In this document: in pieces, positions 58,581 through 64,000 of the stretch
Numbering within the stretch: the stretch's first letter is position 1
How the letters are laid out: every line of letters starts with the position of its first letter
Assembly: GCA_964016885.1 (NCBI GenBank)
Contig: OZ024741.1
Span: forward strand, 136,896,001-136,960,000
DNA: 64,000 nt
Direction of reading: 5' to 3'
Origin: Eledone cirrhosa
Lineage: Eukaryota
Position numbers and translations under genes: made by a program
Notes under the pieces: generated by a model
Told to the model about the DNA's origin: nothing
What the model saw: only the letters and a program-made list of their open reading frames with translations
Database searches by the model: none

Positions 58581-59102
58581 TCTTCCAACATAATTTTATA
58601 TAAGAACCATATGTTAAGTTACTATCTTAGTAATGAAATAATTATTAATCTTAATAAATCCTTCAAGATTTAACTCCCGAGAGGGTTATACTGGTATTTA
58701 GAACATAACTTAAGAAAGGTTCTCACATAAAATTATGATGAAAGGGTTTTAGATAAATATAAACACTTTAATCCTTTTAATACCATACTACCTGTTCTAG
58801 GATCTAAAACTGTTTGGTTTTAGGGGTTATATTTATCTAAAAACCTTCCATCATAATTTTATGTAAGCATCTTTGTTAAATTACATTCCAAATTCTAGCT
58901 TACTGAAGTTACTGAATCTCTCCTAGTTTTTGATTATTTTCAAAATTACTTGAAAATCATAGTGTCTTCCATTAGAAATATCGTAACGAAACAGTTAAAA
59001 CTTTACAGGGTGTTTCATGTCACTAAGAGGAGAGATTGTCATACCTTTGACACAACTGAAGAGTCCACTTATATAAAATTACGTGGGATGATTTTAATTT
59101 AA

Positions 59103-59314
59103 CCCTTTAGTACTTAAACCGGCTGTATCCGGCCAGAATTCTCTCACCTCTTTCTCTTCAAATCGGCTGTTCATACTGATGTTAAGGTATTGTTCTCAAA
59201 ATAAATAATATCAAAATCTCATAGATTCCATATTATGTGAGATAATTATGTAAAATAAAGCCTTTACCACAAAATACAATAATATATATAGAGAGTAATG
59301 TAAATGCTAAGGGG
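59103..59314. mobile_element. piggyBac MITE (212 bp), same family as 57737
   Basis: TTAA flanks, matching TIRs and interior. Confidence 0.88.
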
Positions 59315-59539
59315 TTAAAATGGATAGTTTCAGTTACAGCTGGGTTGCAATCAAATTTCCCATTCTTGTACCATGTCTTTGTGTTTGCCCAAAATTAACA
59401 ATTCTGAAGTCCTCTGTTATATGGAAGCTAGAGGACAGGAATTACAAAATCCCTCCTCTTTATCTATAAGTCTTGATCCAGGTGTCCTAATTAAAGGGGA
59501 TTTTAAATCTTCCATCTTGTTCTAACCCTGTGAAGAAAT

Positions 59540-62500
59540 TTAGAGAGTTACTCCCACTGTTGACAACAAAAGTTTTCTCCCTACATAGAAAAGGACGGCT
59601 GTATAATGCTTATGTGCAAAGTGAGATACTGCATAGTAGTGAAACATGGGCAGTGACTGTAGAGGATATATGTAGGCTAGAGAGAAATGAAGCAGCCATG
59701 CTTCATTGAATGTGCAGTGTAAATGTGAGAGAAAGGCAGAGTTTGGACAAACTGAGGGAGAAACTAGGTTTAACCCTTTAGCATTCGCATTAATTTTCAA
59801 ACGTCATGCTTATCTGTTCGCATTTATTTTGAGTTAATCATACTCAAGAGGGTTATCAATTTTATTTGTTTGTAATTTTCTTAATTTTCTATGTGCAGAC
59901 TTGAAATTTTGTCAGTAGATGTTAAAATATCAATAATTTACAATTGTATATTTTTACCAATTTTTTTTTGTTAAATTTGACTTTTATGGGCAGGTGAAAT
60001 TAATTAACAGGTGTAAAAGTAATGACTTTATGGATAAACACAAAAATAAAAAAAATTTATCTGACTTACCTGCTAGATTTATTACAAAGAATATCCAACA
60101 ATGGCCTAGATGTTGACTTCCAACAATTTTAGCACATTTCCGAACAGGTGAATTAATTTAAAATGCAGGTATAATCAGTACACGGTTTTAGTCTGTCTCT
60201 ACATTTCATGCAAATATTTTCATTGAAAAAAATGTATAAAACTCTTTAACCAATCAAAATAATATTGGCAATGTACTCTTACACAATGTACTCAGTGGAT
60301 TTCATCATCATCATCATCATCACCGTTTTACGTCCGTTCTTCAACGCTAGCATATAACAGAATGTGCCCAATATATAAGTTCATTAACAGGTGTGATGCA
60401 GGTGTGACACAGGTGTTTTTGTATCTAATGTGTTCCAATATATTTTTAAAATATTTTTTTCAATATTGTCAGACAATATTTCTATCGTGAAATTGGCCAA
60501 AACAGCCTTTACATAATGGCATTTTGCAAAAAGAACACATAAACGTGGTTTGAATTCCATAACCTAACCTTTAACAGTTTTTCTCTTTTGCAAAGCGCAC
60601 ATTCGGCAAACCTTCTTCCTCCCGTTAATTTTCTCCACTTTGTGAAAATCAATATTTTCCGTGTTTACCTCAGATAATTTCGACTTTCCCCCAGCTTTGT
60701 GTTTGCAAGAAGTATATCCTCCATGTAGCTGAGAGGCAACGTCTACATGAAATTTCATGTGGCAGTAGTCCTTTGGTGGTGGCGGATTCTTGTGGTTTTT
60801 AGTGAATACAATAAAAGAATTCACAATGGTTAAATTCACTAAAAACCACAAGATATATCTCCACCATTTCTTCCCAGGGCGTCCAACTGGGTAGTAGGCG
60901 CAATATTGGTCGGATTTGTCAACCCCACCCATATATTTATTATGGTTGTTGGTTAGACGATAGGAACAAAATTTGCCGCTTGTCTTTATACAATGTGGCT
61001 AACTAGTTCCCTTTTTGCACTTGGAGAATGTCCCCTCTCTTTTTAAATTTTGTGACTTTCATTTCTTGGGGTAGCCCTTTGCGATTCCCCATTATTGTAC
61101 CGCAGGTGTACGTATTTACGAGGGCAAGATCTTCTGCTAGACGCACTGAAGGAAAAAAACGATCAAAATTATATGTCTGTGTTGAGAGTGGAAGGGCTCA
61201 GTCAGAGACCACACAACATCGTACCCCAAGCTATATTTTCTCTCTCCGTTGTGTTTCTTTCCTGTGTAAACATCAAAGTTTACACAGTAGCCTGTATCCT
61301 ATTCACAGAGTTCCCACACCTTAATGCCCCATTTAGTGGGTTTAGCTGGCATGTATTGTCTAAAATGAATCCTACCTTTATACCCAATCATAGCTTCATC
61401 AAAACTAAGATTTTTCCCAGGTATATACACTGTTTTAAATTTTTCCGAGAGCATTTTAATTACTGGTCGAACTTTATACAGAGGGTCATAATTGAAATCA
61501 TTTCTACCAGGGGCATTTGAAGTATCAACCAGGTGCAAATATTGGTTTAATTTCAAATACCTTGTTTTTGGCATAATACTCGATATATCAGTGCTCCAGT
61601 AATTCCAGTTTTGGAAATTGTTTTATACCAAACATAATGTTTATGGTAAAAAACGCTTGCATCTCCTCTGCATCTGTAGGTCGCCATAACTGATCGGGTT
61701 TTCTTCGATATGAAATCTGCTGTTGGGCATATCGATTCGTCTCTTTTGCCACAACTTCGAAGAAAGTTTGTGGCAAAAACAAAAAGAAATAATCCAGTGC
61801 TTTAGCATCGGGAGGTAATATATGCTGTGGACCAGTATTTTCAACAAAATCGGGAATATGTATTGGTGTGGTATTTTTCGACCATGTTGCTGAAATATCT
61901 ATCTGGCGCCCTGGAGATCTGCTTCGCTTTCACTTTCAAAATAACAATCTTTGTTGGGCGAAATTTCAGAAACATAAACATCAGATTCATTTGATGATAT
62001 ATCACTAATATTATCTTGTTCATTCTGAATGTCGTCGTGTGTAAAACCTTCAAAGTCGGTATCGCTACTTTCAGAAGCCATGTTAATAAAAAAAATTTGT
62101 TCTACTTTCAAAGTTAAAAAAACACGTGTTGTTTTAGCTTGTTTCACTATATTAAGTGTTAATTTTCGCAATAAGCGCCTAATCTCGCAGTAGTCTCGAA
62201 TTGATGAGATTTTGATGATGGTTTGTTTATTTTTAGAACGATATTTTAGTGTAGGTGTTTTCGGGCAGTTTGAACAAATGAAGGGGAAATAATTTCGGCC
62301 AATTTTGGGCGGTTTGAACACTAAAGGGTTAAGATGAATTCAGAATAGTGTGGAAGAGAGAAGACTGTGTTGGTACGGACATGGGATGTGCATGGATTAT
62401 GATTATTGGGTGAAGAAGTGCCAGGAAACCCAAGTGGAAGGAAGCCACAGAAGAGGAAGACCAAGAAAGTGGTGAGAGCTGATCTCAAATTGCTGAGACT

Positions 62501-62620
62501 CATAGAGATGATGATGAAGGAATGCAACAAGTCGAGTGGAGAGATGCTGTGCTGAAAAGAACCTATCCAACTCATGCGAGCATGGAAAAATGGACATAAA
62601 AACAATGATGATAATGATGA
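59540..62620 (+). mobile_element. Old RTE 3' fragment split by a piggyBac
   Basis: LERNEAAML...LREKLG|LR...EERRLCWYGH joins across TTAA 59770/62329. Confidence 0.8.
59774..62328 (-). mobile_element. piggyBac, full length (2555 bp), frameshifted transposase 62081-60469
   Basis: TTAA at 59770-59773 and 62329-62332; TIRs; peptides closely match those of the 29480 copy. Confidence 0.95.
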
Positions 62621-63551
62621 TTTTAATAGCACTTGCCTGATGATGTACGAGAAAATTCTTAATATCTCCATAAAATTTTGAATATTTATTTTTAATTAAG
62701 AGTTCACACCATCTGTGTTGTATCTGCAATACAAAGGATGATTTTAAAAACAAAATGCATGTTTTTAATTTAATTTTATTAAATAAATACTTCATGAAAA
62801 TAATTAATTATGTAAAAAGAATTGATTTAATTATTAAAAAAAGAAAAAAAAGGAAAGGAACCAATTGTCAGATTGGACCAAGAAAACTATATTTCCATTG
62901 GTTTTTCCATTACTGATAATTATATCATCATCATCATTTAACGTCCATCTTCTATGCTAGCATGGGTTCAGTCACAATTCATGGCAGAGGAGGTGGAATT
63001 TGAACTCTAATACACAGAGCTAGATCAGCCTCCTGTCTGATTCTTTAATAAATCCCCTCAATCCAGCTTTATCCACTTTATTTATTGACCTCAAAAGTTG
63101 ACTTTGGTGAGATTTGAACTCAGAGAACAGGGAGCTGGAACCAATATCAAGGCATTTAATCTATTGTTCTAATAAGTGCCAATTTGCCACCCTTTTCTTC
63201 TTCTTTGCCCACATATTCCTATGAGGGTCATGGGGGCAGAGTCCTCAGTTGTGACTTCCAGAAGCAACTTTCTTCAATTGAACCAGCTGGAACAAGTGAG
63301 ACCAACTGAGCTCGTGGACGTTCCCACCATCTTGCTTGGTTCCTTTTTTTCAAATCATAAATGTACCTTTTTAAATGAATTTGACAATAAAGTATCAGCT
63401 AATAATAGTTTTAACTTTAGAAACATTGAGAAAATTAGAACTTTGAAACGTAGCTCTCACAATATAAATGACTATAATAACAATTTATGTTAACTCAGTC
63501 AGAGCAGGACTTTCACCTGCTGAGGCTCTAAGCTGCATGAAATGTGAGGCC

Positions 63552-63745
63552 CCATGCTTCCCAAAATTTGCCAACAATACGCCTGATATTCTCCCTCCAT
63601 ATACACACATGCATGTAACTGTTTGTATATCATGACCCATACACTGTTCACGTTCCTGACATTTGTACATTATTCTACATACTATACATGCACCTTTGAT
63701 GAGTTGTAGTGCACCTGAGCACTGTACACAATTTTCATTATTATT
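63552..63745 (+). mobile_element. LINE 3' end fragment (CR1-like, inferred)
   Basis: Homologous to 52455-52690. Confidence 0.55.
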
Positions 63746-64000
63746 TATATAAAAATTCTAAATAATTATACATGATTATTATTTTTTATATTAATGTTAA
63801 TGATAAAGCATAAATATTATATATATATATAAAATGTTTGATGATTTAGTGTTAAAGAATAAAAACTAATGATAAAATAAAAAAATGTTTTTAATGACCC
63901 CATCCCCTTTGTGGATGTGTAGCCTCAAGTTATAGCTTATAGATAACTCCAGCATTGTGCTCAGAGAATGATGAATGCAAATTTATATTTTAAAACTTGT

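Overview
This is repeat-dominated eukaryotic (animal) DNA. The SINE and LINE families resemble those I associate with octopus/coleoid genomes, which is an inference. I found no intact host gene, rRNA, tRNA gene or CRISPR array. Contents: (1) SINEs and microsatellites; (2) a 6.6-kb satellite of ~50-bp monomers with an internal inverted block (3505-10135); (3) several decayed RTE-clade LINEs, two interrupted by solo-LTR-like inserts; (4) a ~23.5-kb same-strand, head-to-tail cluster of Tx1-like (L1-clade) retrotransposons (14779-38262) plus a divergent relative at 48680-52412; (5) three piggyBac copies and two piggyBac MITEs, one copy a single nonsense codon from intact. The most interesting signal is the RNA architecture of the Tx1-like elements. 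A 5' splice-site consensus overlaps the ORF1 stop in six copies, and a 3' splice-site consensus coincides with the ORF2 stop in four. ORF2 therefore looks like an exact intron whose removal would add an in-frame basic/hydrophobic tail to ORF1. Three 5' ends share GACGT plus a 67-68-nt GT..AG segment, and four share a double hairpin whose pairing is kept while its sequence diverges. A Penelope-type minimal hammerhead with a compensatory U3-A8 core lies at 10699-10736. All calls were made by eye, and element boundaries are approximate unless TSD/TIR coordinates are given.
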